From positions 1-55,036 of the forward strand of contig CAZWBJ010000006.1 in assembly GCA_964632175.1 (NCBI GenBank): a stretch of 55,036 bases of DNA, read 5' to 3'. The notes below the pieces were generated by a model. That model saw only the letters and a program-made list of their open reading frames with translations. It did not search any database and had not been told where the DNA came from. The stretch comes from Candidatus Hadarchaeota archaeon (lineage in GTDB: Archaea; Hadarchaeota; Hadarchaeia; Hadarchaeales; JAWBSP01). Positions 37,089 to 47,566 of the stretch are shown in pieces (within the stretch, counting starts at the first letter, position 1; each line of letters starts with the position of its first letter). A program made the translations under genes and the position numbers.

Positions 37089-38402
37089 TCAGGGCACCAG
37101 CCGGTGGCGATCCCTGGGGAAGAGCACGCACTCGCGTATGTTCTCCTGGCCGGTGAGGACCATAAGCAGGCGCTCCAAGCCTAGGCCCCATCCAGCGTGG
37201 GGAGGGACGAGTCCCCACCTGAAGTGTCTGAGGTGTGGCTCGAAGCTCTCGGGATTCAGTCCCTTGGCACGGAGCCTCTCTTCAAGTAGTTCGGGCTGGT
37301 GAATTCTCGTTCCCCCGGAGGCGAGTTCCAGATCTTTCCACATAAGATCAAAGGTTTCGGTGCAGGAGGGGTCGTGTTGGCATGGCATGGCGTAGAAAGG
37401 TTTGCACTCGGCTGGCCAATGGGTTATAAAGTAAAACCCCCTTCCTTCCCCGAGTATCCTCTCGGCTGGCGTGGGGAGGTCGCTTCCCCACGGGATCTTG
37501 TATCCTTTCTTCTCGAGGGCTTCCAACACCTCTGCGTAGGTCAATCTCTCAAAAGGAGGTCGCGGGGTCAGCTGCTCGAGGAGTGGCAGCTCCTTCCCCA
37601 TCTTCTCCTTCAGAGACCCGACGATGTTGTCGATGAGCTCCTCCAAGAGTTTCATGACGTCCTCGCAATCGGCAAATGCCACCTCGATGTCGACGGAGAT
37701 GGCCTCGTTCAGGTGTTTGGGCGTGTTGAATTCCTCCGCCCTGAAGATCGGCCCGATTTCAAGGACCTTTTGGAAGCAGCCGGTCAGTACTTCCTTGTAG
37801 AGCTGGGGACTCTGACTGAGAAAGGCCTCTTTCTCAAAATAGGCCACTGGGAAGAGCGCGGAACCGCTCTCCGTGGCCGTGGCGACGATTTTTGGTGTGT
37901 GCACCTCCAGAAAGCCCCTGGATGAGAAAAACTCCCTGATGGAATTCAGAACCATGTGCCGCACCTTGAAGATGGTCCTCCTCTGGGCATGCCTGAGATC
38001 CAGCACCCTGGCGTTCAGTCTGGTCTCGAGGGTTGACTTGATTCTTCCCGTGGGGTCGAGCGGGAGGGGAACGGCCGCGCGACTCAGCACCTCCACCGCT
38101 TTCGGTAGAACCTCCACACCTCCCGGCGCCTGTTCCGCCACTTTCACGGTGCCCTTTACCAGAACTGCGCTCTCTGGCGTGAGGGAAGGGAGCAGGGCGA
38201 ACACCTCAGGGGGAGTGAGGGATCTGGGAGCCGTGATCTGAACCTCTCCCCAAACGTCGTACAGCAGAAAGAACCTTATCCCTCCAAGATCCCTCACGTT
38301 TTTGACGAATCCGGCCAGAATGACTTCTCTTCCTTCTAGGGCAGGGGTAATTTCACCGCACGAGTGCGTGATGCTAACCCTTTCTCCCTTTAGCCGCATC
38401 AC
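37089..38402 (-). CDS. aspS: Aspartyl-tRNA synthetase (archaeal type)
   Basis: RDLGGIRF, QSPQLYK, FRAE, ELASGGTRIH, PPHAGWGLGLERL, LFPRD. Confidence 0.95.
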   Translation of the reverse strand: MMRLKGERVSITHSCGEITPALEGREVILAGFVKNVRDLGGIRFFLLYDVWGEVQITAPRSLTPPEVFALLPSLTPESAVLVKGTVKVAEQAPGGVEVLPKAVEVLSRAAVPLPLDPTGRIKSTLETRLNARVLDLRHAQRRTIFKVRHMVLNSIREFFSSRGFLEVHTPKIVATATESGSALFPVAYFEKEAFLSQSPQLYKEVLTGCFQKVLEIGPIFRAEEFNTPKHLNEAISVDIEVAFADCEDVMKLLEELIDNIVGSLKEKMGKELPLLEQLTPRPPFERLTYAEVLEALEKKGYKIPWGSDLPTPAERILGEGRGFYFITHWPAECKPFYAMPCQHDPSCTETFDLMWKDLELASGGTRIHQPELLEERLRAKGLNPESFEPHLRHFRWGLVPPHAGWGLGLERLLMVLTGQENIRECVLFPRDRHRLVP

Positions 38403-38433
38403 TCCAGGCGAGTAGCGACAGAAAAGCCTGGCG

Positions 38434-38733
38434 TTACTTGGCCTTTGCCAGCGTGATCTCTATCGTGGAGACGTTCAGCTTGCTCCCGTCCTCCGCCTGC
38501 ACCGTTTCTGTTCCTATGGAGATGTTCTTGACCACCGTATCCGGTAGGAATCTCTGTCTCACCACCTCGGCCGTATCCACGGCACGGCTTATCGCTTTTC
38601 CCCTGGCTTTGATGCACACCTCTGGTGCCCCTTCGTTGAACTGCGTTATCACTGCCAGCACGTAGTTCATCACGGGCTTCGTCCCCACGAAGACCGCGTT
38701 CTCCTGCCTAGGTTTTTGTTGTTCCGCTGCCAT
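38434..38733 (-). CDS. albA: DNA/RNA-binding protein Alba
   Basis: [35 protein letters not shown]. Confidence 0.97.
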   Translation of the reverse strand: MAAEQQKPRQENAVFVGTKPVMNYVLAVITQFNEGAPEVCIKARGKAISRAVDTAEVVRQRFLPDTVVKNISIGTETVQAEDGSKLNVSTIEITLAKAK

Positions 38734-38960
38734 TTATTACCTCCGAGACCTCTTTAAATACCCGTTCCGCCCCAGCTGGCCTGGCGTTAACGGCATAACC
38801 CCTATAACAAAAGAGCGAACGGGAGGTAAACCGCTAGGAGTTCGTCATCCACCGAGTCAATTCGGGCAAATTTCCGAACCGTTCAGTCTCCCTCTTCAAG
38901 GTTCATGCATGGACGTTTAACCGAAAAGGCTAAAAGGGAAAATCACAATAAGTCGACGAT

Positions 38961-40613
38961 ATGGCAGTGGCGCAACTCGGCGGGAGGCCAATTTTGGTGC
39001 TCCCGGAAGGGTCTAGGCGACTGGTGGGAAGGGACGCGAGGAGGATGAACATCATGGCTGCAAGGGTGGTAGCGGAGGCCGTCAGGAGTACCCTCGGTCC
39101 CAAGGGAATGGACAAAATGATGGTGGACAATCTCGGCGATGTGGTGATCACCAACGACGGTGCGACCATCCTCAAGGAGATGGAGGTGGAACACCCGGCC
39201 GCCAAGATGATGGTTGAGGTCGCCAAGACCCAAGATGATGAAGTGGGGGATGGAACCACCACTGCAGTGGTGCTTGCCGGAGAACTCTTGAAGGAAGCGG
39301 AGAATCTTCTGGATCAAGGAATTCATCCCACCATCGTCGCTAAGGGCTACCGCCTCGCCGCAGGAAAGGCCCAAGAACTCCTCCAGCAGATGGCCGACCC
39401 AGTCTCCTTCGAAGACGATGCCCTGCTGAAGAAGGTGGCCGTCACTTCCATGACGGGCAAGAAGGCGGAGGCGGGCAGGGAGTTCCTGGCAGAACTGGTG
39501 GTTAAGGCCGTGAAGAGAATCGCCGATCGAGTGGATGGGGGATACAAGGTGGACATTGACTACATCGGTGTGGAGAAGAGGCCCGGCGGCGGCCTCATGA
39601 ACACCGAGCTGATCGAGGGCGTGATAATCGACAAGGAGGTGGTTAGACCGGGAATGCCAAAATCGGTGAGGGACGCCAAGATAGCTCTGCTTGACTGTGC
39701 GCTGGAGATAAAGAAAACCGAGACCGATGCGGAGATCAGAGTGGCGAGGCCCGAGCAGCTCCGAAGCTTCCTAGAGGAGGAGGAGAGAATACTCAAGAGC
39801 ATGGTGGACAAAATCGCGGCCACCGGTGCCAACGTGGTCTTCTGCCAGAAGGGAATCGACGATGTGGCCCAGTACTACCTCGCCAAAGCAGGCATCCTAG
39901 CAGCCAGAAGGGTGAAAAAGTCAGACATGGAGAAGCTTGCAAGAGCCACAGGAGGGAAAATCGTAACCTCCCTCGACGATCTCACCCCCGCCGAGCTGGG
40001 ATATGCAGGCCTCGTGGAGGAGAGAAAGGTGGGGGAGGAGAAGCTCATCTTTGTAACCCAGTGCAAGGACCCCAAGGCGGTCGGTCTTCTCCTGAGGGGA
40101 GGTTCCGAGCACGTGGTGGATGAAATAGAAAGGGCAGTCCATGATGCGCTGTGCGTGGTAGCTAGGTGCCTGGAGGACGGGAAGGTGGTTCCTGGAGGCG
40201 GGGCGATGGAGATTGAGCTCGCCAAGCATCTGAGGAAGTATTCGGAAACGGTGGGTGGGAGGGAAGCGCTAGCCGTTCGGGCCTTCGCCAACGCACTGGA
40301 AATCATACCCCAGTCGCTTGCAGAAAATGCGGGGATGGACGCTGTGGATACCCTAGTAGAGCTGAGAGCTGCCCATGCTAGGCCAGAAGGGAAGTACATG
40401 GGGGTGGACGTTTTCGGCGGAAAGGTGGGAGACATGAGAGAACTTTCCGTCTACGAGCCGCTGCGGGTGAAGCTCCAAGCCATAAAATCGGCGAGCGAGG
40501 CCGCCATCATGATCCTGAGAATTGACGATGTGATAGCCGCAGCCAAGAAGGAATTGAAGGGCCCGCCTGAGAAGAAAGAGGAAGAAGAGGGCGAGACCAG
40601 CACAGAAGATTAG
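38961..40613 (+). CDS. ths: Thermosome (group II chaperonin) subunit
   Basis: [30 protein letters not shown]; acidic C-terminal tail. Confidence 0.97.
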   Translation: MAVAQLGGRPILVLPEGSRRLVGRDARRMNIMAARVVAEAVRSTLGPKGMDKMMVDNLGDVVITNDGATILKEMEVEHPAAKMMVEVAKTQDDEVGDGTTTAVVLAGELLKEAENLLDQGIHPTIVAKGYRLAAGKAQELLQQMADPVSFEDDALLKKVAVTSMTGKKAEAGREFLAELVVKAVKRIADRVDGGYKVDIDYIGVEKRPGGGLMNTELIEGVIIDKEVVRPGMPKSVRDAKIALLDCALEIKKTETDAEIRVARPEQLRSFLEEEERILKSMVDKIAATGANVVFCQKGIDDVAQYYLAKAGILAARRVKKSDMEKLARATGGKIVTSLDDLTPAELGYAGLVEERKVGEEKLIFVTQCKDPKAVGLLLRGGSEHVVDEIERAVHDALCVVARCLEDGKVVPGGGAMEIELAKHLRKYSETVGGREALAVRAFANALEIIPQSLAENAGMDAVDTLVELRAAHARPEGKYMGVDVFGGKVGDMRELSVYEPLRVKLQAIKSASEAAIMILRIDDVIAAAKKELKGPPEKKEEEEGETSTED

Positions 40614-40686
40614 GTTTTGCCGTTAGGCAATTCAGTACCGCTGTAGTGTGGTTCGACAAAAGGAAAGGTTAGTACCCGATAAAACG

Positions 40687-41169
40687 CTACGGTAGGAAGA
40701 CCACCGCGGCGAGGGCGGCACCGTGGGTTTTCACGATATGGCCCGCCGAGATAGACAGAACCCTTTTAGGAACAAGCCCACGGTTTTCCATCATGTATTT
40801 CACCATGGCTTCAACGGTTTTGGCGGCGGTTCTTTCGGTGACCCCGATATCGTGGTACTCCGAGATCATCCCGTGAGAGTTCTCACCGATGGCGATTCCA
40901 AGGGCAGCAGCAATTTTTTGCCCGGGTGTTGAGCTTGAGATTTTTGCCATCACCACCGGCACCACTGTTCCCGGCTCGATGTAGGGCAGCTGGGAGTTTT
41001 CAATGATTTCACAGTTTTGCGGCAGGATGCTCGAGACTTGGACCAAGTTCAACTCTGCAATTCCCGCTTTTCTCAGGGCATTGTCGAAAGCAACGAGCTC
41101 GAAGGGCCCCTCAGCGGAGGCGGCCACAAGGACGGCCTTTCTGGGGGTTGACCAGAAGGGAGCGCTCAT
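40687..41169 (-). CDS. pdaD: Pyruvoyl-dependent arginine decarboxylase
   Basis: AFDNALRKAGIAELNLVQVSSILP self-cleavage motif; start uncertain (41169 or 41190). Confidence 0.9.
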   Translation of the reverse strand: MSAPFWSTPRKAVLVAASAEGPFELVAFDNALRKAGIAELNLVQVSSILPQNCEIIENSQLPYIEPGTVVPVVMAKISSSTPGQKIAAALGIAIGENSHGMISEYHDIGVTERTAAKTVEAMVKYMMENRGLVPKRVLSISAGHIVKTHGAALAAVVFLP

Positions 41170-41218
41170 TCCTCTCTCAGTGTTTTCCACAATGGAATGT
41201 TAGTTACCTTTTTTAACT

Positions 41219-42049
41219 TTAACTCTCGAGTCCAGAGCTTCGGGGAAGATTTTTGACCGTGGCACGCTTGAGCTGCGAGACGAAATCCTCCAGATATTTG
41301 AGCATCCGGTGGGGGGAATGGAGGTTCTTTGCCATGCACTCGATCAGCGAGCTCCCCACAACTACTCCGTCCGCTCCCCACGCGAGGATTTCCCTGACGT
41401 GTTGCGGTCGAGAAACGCCAAACCCCACAGCCACGGGAACTTTCGAGAAGCTTTTGATCCTTCGGATTAGTCCCCTGAGTCCCTTTGAGAGCTTCTCCCT
41501 TGCCCCAGTTACACCCAGAACCGAAACCAGGTATACAAAACCTCTGGAGCTCTCACAGATCTTCCGCAGTCTGGGTGCGGGGCTGGTGGGCGCGGCGAGG
41601 AGCACAAGGTCAAGATTCAGGAAGGAGAGGGTTTCCGAGAGTTCGCCTGCCTCCTCCACCGGAAGGTCGGGGACGATGAGCCCGTCCCCACCCGCCCTTG
41701 ACAGTTCCTCCGCGAACCTCTTTGGGCCGAACCGGAGAACAGGATTATAGTAGGAGAGGACTAGAAGTGGTGTTTCCTTCCCCTTCCTAAACTCCTTGAT
41801 GATTTTGAAGAGGAGTGCGGTGTTCATGCCCCCCTCGAGCGCTTTCTGGCTTGAGGCCTGGATGGTGGGTCCGTCGGCGATGGGGTCTGAAAAGGGCAGT
41901 CCTAGCTCAAGAATATCGGCATGCTTTGAAAGGACGCGGAGTACTGGCAACGTGAGGTCTGGGCGAGGGTATCCGGCCGTAGTGAAGCAGATGAGGGCTC
42001 CTTCTCCCCTCCGCCTTAGCTCCTCGAACTTTTCGGCTATCCTCCCCAT
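41219..42049 (-). CDS. trpA: Tryptophan synthase alpha
   Basis: [29 protein letters not shown]. Confidence 0.97.
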   Translation of the reverse strand: MGRIAEKFEELRRRGEGALICFTTAGYPRPDLTLPVLRVLSKHADILELGLPFSDPIADGPTIQASSQKALEGGMNTALLFKIIKEFRKGKETPLLVLSYYNPVLRFGPKRFAEELSRAGGDGLIVPDLPVEEAGELSETLSFLNLDLVLLAAPTSPAPRLRKICESSRGFVYLVSVLGVTGAREKLSKGLRGLIRRIKSFSKVPVAVGFGVSRPQHVREILAWGADGVVVGSSLIECMAKNLHSPHRMLKYLEDFVSQLKRATVKNLPRSSGLES

Positions 42050-43230
42050 TTTCCCCCCAGATAGTTGGCCACGACTTCTACGTCCTTGTCCCCCCTCCCA
42101 GAGAGGTTGACCACCACTAGGGCACCCTCCCCCAATCTTCTCTTGATCTCCGGGAGGTAGGCCAAGGCGTGTGCGCTCTCCAACGCCGGGAGAATCCCTT
42201 CGGTCCTCGCCAGCAGGAGGAAGGCCTCTACGGCTTCCCGGTCGGTCACGGCCGAAACCTTAATCCTCCCCCTCTCTTTCAAGAACGCCAGCTCCGGCCC
42301 CACTCCTGGGTAGTCCAGTCCCGCGGCAATACTGTGGGTCTCCAAGATCTGCCCGAACCTGTCCTGAAGTACGTAGCTCATACAGCCGTGGAGCACACCC
42401 TCTGAGCCCGCCACCAGAGAGGCGGCATGTCTTCCTGTGCGCAGACCCAGACCCCCAGCCTCCACCCCGAAGAGCTCAACGTCCTCGTCTAGGAATTCGT
42501 AAAAAATCCCCATGGCGTTGCTGCCTCCCCCCACGCAGGCAACGATGGCATCGGGCAGCCTGCCTTCTCGCCTCAGCAGTTGTTCCCTCGTTTCCTCCCC
42601 GATGATCCTCTGAAAATCCCGGACCATCATGGGGTAGGGGTGTGGGCCCACCACCGAGCCGAGCAGGTAGTGGGTGGTCAGGACGTTCGTGGTCCAGTCT
42701 CGGAGGGCCTCGTTGATGGCATCCTTCAGGGTTTGTGATCCGGAGGAAACTTTTCTAACCTCCGCTCCCAGCAGTCTCATCCGGAAAACGTTCAGCCTCT
42801 GCCTCTCCATGTCTCTTTTCCCCATGTAGATGGTGCACTCCAGACCGAAGCTAGCGGCAGCGGAGGCGGTGGCCACGCCGTGCTGGCCGGCCCCTGTTTC
42901 GGCGATGATTCGCTTTTTCCTCATGAACTTCGCCAGCAGGCACTGACCCACCGCATTGTTCACCTTGTGGGCTCCCCCGAAGGCCAGATCCTCCCTCTTC
43001 AGGTAGATCCTCAGCCCTAGTTTTTCGGAGAGTCTCCCGGCGAAGGTGAGGGGGGTGGGCCTTCCGGCATCGTGCAAAATCCCTCGGAGCTCCTTTTGGA
43101 GCTTTTGATTCCTCTTAAACCTGAGATAGGCCTCTTCAAGCTCTTGGAGGGCGGGCATCAGGGTCTCCGGGACGTACTGTCCTCCGAATCTGCCGAATCT
43201 TCCATCTCTCGGATACTGGTCTTTATACAT
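42037..43230 (-). CDS. trpB: Tryptophan synthase beta (TrpB1)
   Basis: [41 protein letters not shown]. Confidence 0.97.
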   Translation of the reverse strand: MYKDQYPRDGRFGRFGGQYVPETLMPALQELEEAYLRFKRNQKLQKELRGILHDAGRPTPLTFAGRLSEKLGLRIYLKREDLAFGGAHKVNNAVGQCLLAKFMRKKRIIAETGAGQHGVATASAAASFGLECTIYMGKRDMERQRLNVFRMRLLGAEVRKVSSGSQTLKDAINEALRDWTTNVLTTHYLLGSVVGPHPYPMMVRDFQRIIGEETREQLLRREGRLPDAIVACVGGGSNAMGIFYEFLDEDVELFGVEAGGLGLRTGRHAASLVAGSEGVLHGCMSYVLQDRFGQILETHSIAAGLDYPGVGPELAFLKERGRIKVSAVTDREAVEAFLLLARTEGILPALESAHALAYLPEIKRRLGEGALVVVNLSGRGDKDVEVVANYLGGKWGG

Positions 43231-43867
43231 GCCCAACGGCCTCGAGAAAGCGCTTCATTTTCTCCACACTCTTCCTCCCCGGGGCAACCTCTATCCCCGT
43301 TGAGACGTCCACCCCGTCTGGGTTCACGATCTCTATGGCTTCCCTCACGTTCTCGGGGTTTAGCCCCCCGGCCAGGAACACCGGCTTTCGGAGGGACTTC
43401 CTTATCTCCCTGCTGATCCTCCAATCGTGTGGGACTCCTGTACCCCCTCCCGTCGGTCCTTTCGTGTCCAGCAGCACGATGTCGGCAACCTCCTCGTACA
43501 GCTTGATTGAGCTTACGATGTCTTCAGCGCCCCGGCACTCGGGGGGGATGGAGAACACAAGGATCAATCCAGCGTGGGGTTTCAGCCTCCGCATTTCTTC
43601 CGGGGATAGATCCGGATGCAGTTGCAGGTAATCGGGATGTAAGGTCTCCGTCAGCCTGAGTACCCCGTTCAGATCCCTCGCCCGCGTGACGCAAACGCGC
43701 TGTATGGTTCGCGGAACTCTTTGCAGGAGCTCGGCAGCTTTGCTCGCGTCTAGGTTTCTGGGTGACTGCGGTATGCCCACAATCACACCCAGCAGATCGG
43801 GATGGAGGTGGCAGGCTGCCTCGACATCTGATGCCAGAGTGAAGCCGCAGAACTTAACCCTTACCAA
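43223..43867 (-). CDS. trpF: Phosphoribosylanthranilate isomerase
   Basis: [29 protein letters not shown]. Confidence 0.95.
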   Translation of the reverse strand: MVRVKFCGFTLASDVEAACHLHPDLLGVIVGIPQSPRNLDASKAAELLQRVPRTIQRVCVTRARDLNGVLRLTETLHPDYLQLHPDLSPEEMRRLKPHAGLILVFSIPPECRGAEDIVSSIKLYEEVADIVLLDTKGPTGGGTGVPHDWRISREIRKSLRKPVFLAGGLNPENVREAIEIVNPDGVDVSTGIEVAPGRKSVEKMKRFLEAVGHV

Positions 43868-44600
43868 TCCTCACCATCTCCTCCACCGCTTTCTTCACGT
43901 CTGGGGAGCGCATGATGGCGGTGCCGACGAGCACGGCATCGGCCCCCGCTTCCAGCATTCTTTTAGCGTCGGAGGAAGAAGAAATTCCACTTTCGCTTAT
44001 CACCGTCACGTTCTCCGGAACCAGCGGTGCCAGCTCTATCGTGTGATTCAGGTCGACTTGAAGAGTTCTTAGATCCCGATTGTTGATCCCGAGCACCTCG
44101 GCACCGGCCTCAATGGCTAGTTCGAGTTCAGGCTTGTTGCATACCTCAACCACCGGCGTCATCCCCAAGTCTCTTGCCAGCTCAATGAAGGCCTTCAGTT
44201 TGTCTCCCAAGGCGGCCGCAATGAGGAGAACGGCGTCGGCCTTTAGCTCAGAAGACTCGTAAAGCTGGCTTTCGTATACGATAAAATCCTTCCGCAATAC
44301 TGGGACCCCAGTACGTCGTCTGACAAGGGGAATGAAGGAGGGATGACCCCCGAAGTACTTTTCTTCCGTGAGTACGGAGAGGGCAATGGCGCCGCCGCTG
44401 ACCATTTGCTCTGCCAGCGCTCCTGGGTCGGTTGGCTCCCTCAGCACCCCGGAAGGGGATCGGAACTTGATCTCGGCGATCAGCGGTATCCTATCTCGAG
44501 TGGATAGTATGGCTTTCCGGAGATCCCTTGCCCGAAAAGGCGAGGGTTTTGCCTGCTGGGGTGGCCTGATTTCGCTTATAATCCTTTCCAAGAAATTCAT
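43854..44600 (-). CDS. trpC: Indole-3-glycerol phosphate synthase
   Basis: IAEIKFRSPS, LSVLTE, LRKDF, GINNRDL, SESGI. Confidence 0.96.
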   Translation of the reverse strand: MNFLERIISEIRPPQQAKPSPFRARDLRKAILSTRDRIPLIAEIKFRSPSGVLREPTDPGALAEQMVSGGAIALSVLTEEKYFGGHPSFIPLVRRRTGVPVLRKDFIVYESQLYESSELKADAVLLIAAALGDKLKAFIELARDLGMTPVVEVCNKPELELAIEAGAEVLGINNRDLRTLQVDLNHTIELAPLVPENVTVISESGISSSSDAKRMLEAGADAVLVGTAIMRSPDVKKAVEEMVRIGKG

Positions 44601-45643
44601 GGGGTCAATCTCCGCGCCACGCTCGCGTCGCCACCCGTGGCTTCGATAAAGTCGATCAGTTTTCGGTAGGCTGCACCGGAGTCAATCGCCTCCCCTGCCG
44701 CTTCCAATGCATCTTTCATGTCATGAGAAATCCCGCCCACGACTATGGCGGCAGCAGCATTCAGCAGAACGATATCTCTCCTTGGGCCCTCCTTCCCCTT
44801 CAGGACCTCCAGCAGGAGCTTGGCGTTCTCCTCCAGATTCCCCCCGAGCAGATCCCCCGCTTTCGCCCTAGGGATCCCGAATTGCTCCGGTGTCAGTTCG
44901 AAGGTCTCCACATGGGAATCCTTCAGTTCGGAGACCTTGGTGGCCCCTAAGGTTGAGATTTCGTCTAGACCATCCATACCGTGGACGACCATTACCCTTT
45001 CCGAGCCAAGCCTCTTCAGAACCTGGCAGAGGGTCTCGGTGAGGGAAGGGTCGAACACACCCAGCAGCTGGGCTTTGGCTCCGGCCGGGTTGGTGAGCGG
45101 GCCTAGGATGTTGAAGACAGTTCTTATTCCCATCTCTCTTCTCGGCTGGAGCGCGTGCTTCATGCTTGGGTGGAAAACCGGTGCGAACATGAAGCCTATC
45201 CCCACCTCCTCTATGCAGCGCTCCACCTCCGCTGGTCCCAGATCTATCCTCGCGCCTAGGAACTCTAGGACATCCGCGCTTCCAGCTTTGCTGGTGACCG
45301 ACCGATTCCCGTGCTTCGCCACCCGCACGTTGGCCGCCGCCGCCACGAACATGGCCGCGGTGCTTATGTTAAAGGTCTTGATTCGGTCTCCCCCCGTTCC
45401 GCACGTGTCCACCAGCCTGCCCCCGACCCTAGGATTCACCTTCAGGCAGAACTCCCGCATGACGCTCGCGAGGGAGGTGATTTCCTCCACGGTCTCCCCC
45501 TTCATTCTGAGGCCCGTGAGGAAGGAAGCAACTTGGGCGGGGGTGGCTGAACCGCTCATGATGTCCCGCATGGCCTCCCCTGCTTCCTCCGGAGTGAGGT
45601 CTTGGAACTCCACCAGTTTCCTTATGGCTTCCTGGATTCCCAC
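44597..45643 (-). CDS. trpD: Anthranilate phosphoribosyltransferase
   Basis: DTCGTGGD, NIST, KHGNRS, GSAD, NILGPLTNP, GLDEIS. Confidence 0.97.
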   Translation of the reverse strand: MGIQEAIRKLVEFQDLTPEEAGEAMRDIMSGSATPAQVASFLTGLRMKGETVEEITSLASVMREFCLKVNPRVGGRLVDTCGTGGDRIKTFNISTAAMFVAAAANVRVAKHGNRSVTSKAGSADVLEFLGARIDLGPAEVERCIEEVGIGFMFAPVFHPSMKHALQPRREMGIRTVFNILGPLTNPAGAKAQLLGVFDPSLTETLCQVLKRLGSERVMVVHGMDGLDEISTLGATKVSELKDSHVETFELTPEQFGIPRAKAGDLLGGNLEENAKLLLEVLKGKEGPRRDIVLLNAAAAIVVGGISHDMKDALEAAGEAIDSGAAYRKLIDFIEATGGDASVARRLTP

Positions 45644-46212
45644 CTTTCCACCACCTCCAAAAAGTTCCTGAGAATCGTGCCCCCGCAGGCGGTGAGGATG
45701 GATTCGGGGTGAAATTGGAGGCCAAAAATGGGCTTCGTCCGGTGTCTCAGCCCCATGATCTCCCCGTCCTCGCTCTCCGCGCTGATCAGCAGGCAGCTCG
45801 GCAGGCTCTTCCCGTCCACGACCAAGGAATGATATCTAGTGGCCTGGAAGGGGTTTGGAACCCCCTTGAACAGCTCGCTCCCGTCGTGTTTGATGGTGGA
45901 GGTTTTTCCATGGACGAGCCTTTTTGCTTGGATGATCCTTCCCCCGAACGCGTAGGCAATGCTCTGGTGTCCGAGGCACACGCCCAGAATTGGAATTCTA
46001 CCGCTGAATCTCCTGACGGCCTCCACCGAGATCCCTGCCTCGGCGGGGGTCTTCGGGCCGGGGGAGATGACGAGGGCTTCCGGCATACTTTCCACCACTC
46101 TCTCCAGCGGCACGTCGTTTCTGAAGACCAACGGCTCGGCACCTAGCTCGCCCAACATCTGTACCAGATTGTAGACGAAGCTGTCGTAGTTGTCAATAAC
46201 CGCGACCCTCAT
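45622..46212 (-). CDS. trpG: Anthranilate synthase component II
   Basis: IDNYDSF, ISPGP, GVCLGHQ, RYHSL, QFHPES. Confidence 0.96.
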   Translation of the reverse strand: MRVAVIDNYDSFVYNLVQMLGELGAEPLVFRNDVPLERVVESMPEALVISPGPKTPAEAGISVEAVRRFSGRIPILGVCLGHQSIAYAFGGRIIQAKRLVHGKTSTIKHDGSELFKGVPNPFQATRYHSLVVDGKSLPSCLLISAESEDGEIMGLRHRTKPIFGLQFHPESILTACGGTILRNFLEVVERWESRKP

Positions 46213-47515
46213 CCCCTATCCCCGCGGCCTCTAGGAGGGCAGCAGCTTTGTTTTTGGTTTCCAGATACTCCTTCCACGGTACCGAGTCCGCGACCACTCC
46301 CGCCCCCACTTGGAGGTGAGCGCCCGAGTCCTGCGCCACGAGCGTGCGGATGGTGATGGCAAGGTTGAGCTCGCCACGGTAGCCTATGAACCCCACCCCG
46401 CCGGCGTAGATCCCCCTCCTTGTTGGCTCTAGTTCTTCGATTATCTCCATCGCCCTGAACTTGGGGGCCCCGGTCACGGTCCCGGCTGGGAAGGTTGCAC
46501 GAATCACATCAAAGACATCCTTGCCCGCCTGCAGCCTGCCCGTGACATCGCTCACGAGGTGCTGGACGTGACTGTATTTCTCAACCTTCATGAACTCCCC
46601 GACCCTCACGGAGCCGAAGCTACACACCCGCCCCAGGTCGTTCCTGGCGAGATCCACCAGCATCACATGCTCCGCCCTCTCCTTCTCGTCACGGCTCAGC
46701 TCCTCCTCCAGCCTCCGGTCCTCCTCTTCGGTTTTCCCCCTTCTCCTCGTGCCCGCGATGGGCCGGGTGAGAACTTCCCTTCCGTTAACTTGGACCAGCA
46801 TCTCCGGGCTGGAACCCACGATGGCCTTTCCAGGGAGATCCAGAAAGTACATGTAGGGGGAGGGGTTGATTTTCCTCAAACGGAGATAGAACGCCTCAAG
46901 CGGGGGGCATGGGCTGAGGGAAATTCTCCTCGAAAGCACGACCTGAATGATGTCCCCTTTCCTGATGTACCCCTTGGCCCTCTCGACCGCTGTCTCAAAG
47001 GATCGTCTCGTCATATTGGAGGTCACTCGGGAGGGGTGGCCGATTTTGGGTTTGCCCCCCTCCGGAGGCGGACTCCCCGCGCCTTCAAGGCTGTGTCTGC
47101 ACCTGATCACCTGGTTGGAGTAGTGATCGAAGACGAGGAGATTTCTGGGGAGGAAGAACTCCACCACTGGGTGATGGAGATCGTCTCTGGCCTTACTTTC
47201 AAGGGCGTGCAGGTGGCGCACGTAGTCGTATCCTATATAGCCAAAGACGCCTGCCACGTAAGGCGGCAGCTCGTCCTGGAATTTAAGCGTGTCCAGTTCC
47301 AGCTCTTTTCTCATCCTCTGGAGCGGGTCCTCCTCGGTCCCCTCATCACGAAAATAGAGAAGGGGGTCCCACCCAACTATGGAATATCTCCCAGACCTTC
47401 CCTTTTCCGCCGATTCCAGCAGAAAAGAAGCTCTAGCCCTCTTTCGCACCCTAAAGAAAATTCGCGCCGGGTCTGCGATAAGTTTTGAAACCTCGATTTT
47501 CGTTTCTACCTGCAT
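46193..47515 (-). CDS. trpE: Anthranilate synthase component I
   Basis: LLES, NPSPYM, SSPE, PIAGT, EHVMLVDLARND, FPAGTVTGAPK. Confidence 0.96.
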   Translation of the reverse strand: MQVETKIEVSKLIADPARIFFRVRKRARASFLLESAEKGRSGRYSIVGWDPLLYFRDEGTEEDPLQRMRKELELDTLKFQDELPPYVAGVFGYIGYDYVRHLHALESKARDDLHHPVVEFFLPRNLLVFDHYSNQVIRCRHSLEGAGSPPPEGGKPKIGHPSRVTSNMTRRSFETAVERAKGYIRKGDIIQVVLSRRISLSPCPPLEAFYLRLRKINPSPYMYFLDLPGKAIVGSSPEMLVQVNGREVLTRPIAGTRRRGKTEEEDRRLEEELSRDEKERAEHVMLVDLARNDLGRVCSFGSVRVGEFMKVEKYSHVQHLVSDVTGRLQAGKDVFDVIRATFPAGTVTGAPKFRAMEIIEELEPTRRGIYAGGVGFIGYRGELNLAITIRTLVAQDSGAHLQVGAGVVADSVPWKEYLETKNKAAALLEAAGIGDEGRGY

Positions 47516-47550
47516 CAGTTTTTAGTGCTTTTGACAATTAAATACCTTAA

Positions 47551-47566
47551 TGTACAAAAATGTTCA
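47551..47566. promoter_or_regulatory. Paired TRP boxes (putative TrpY operator) upstream of the trpE TATA box
   Basis: TGTACA-AAAA-TGTTCA. TGTACA is the Methanothermobacter TRP-box consensus. Minus-strand TATTTAAT lies at about 47538-47545. Confidence 0.75.

Noticed and set aside
38734-38960. Possible tRNA, SRP or RNase P RNA in the alba-thermosome gap
   Set aside because: No cloverleaf/TpsiC arm or other diagnostic motif found; only the pairing reported as a finding and a BRE/TATA-like CCGAAAAGGCTAAAA.
40545-40613. Acidic thermosome C-tail instead of GGM repeats
   Set aside because: Known feature of beta-type/thermophilic chaperonin subunits; not novel.
40614-40686. GGTTCGA and a short hairpin TTGCC-N4-GGCAA after the thermosome gene
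   Set aside because: No acceptor, D or anticodon stems around it; too weak to call a tRNA or terminator.
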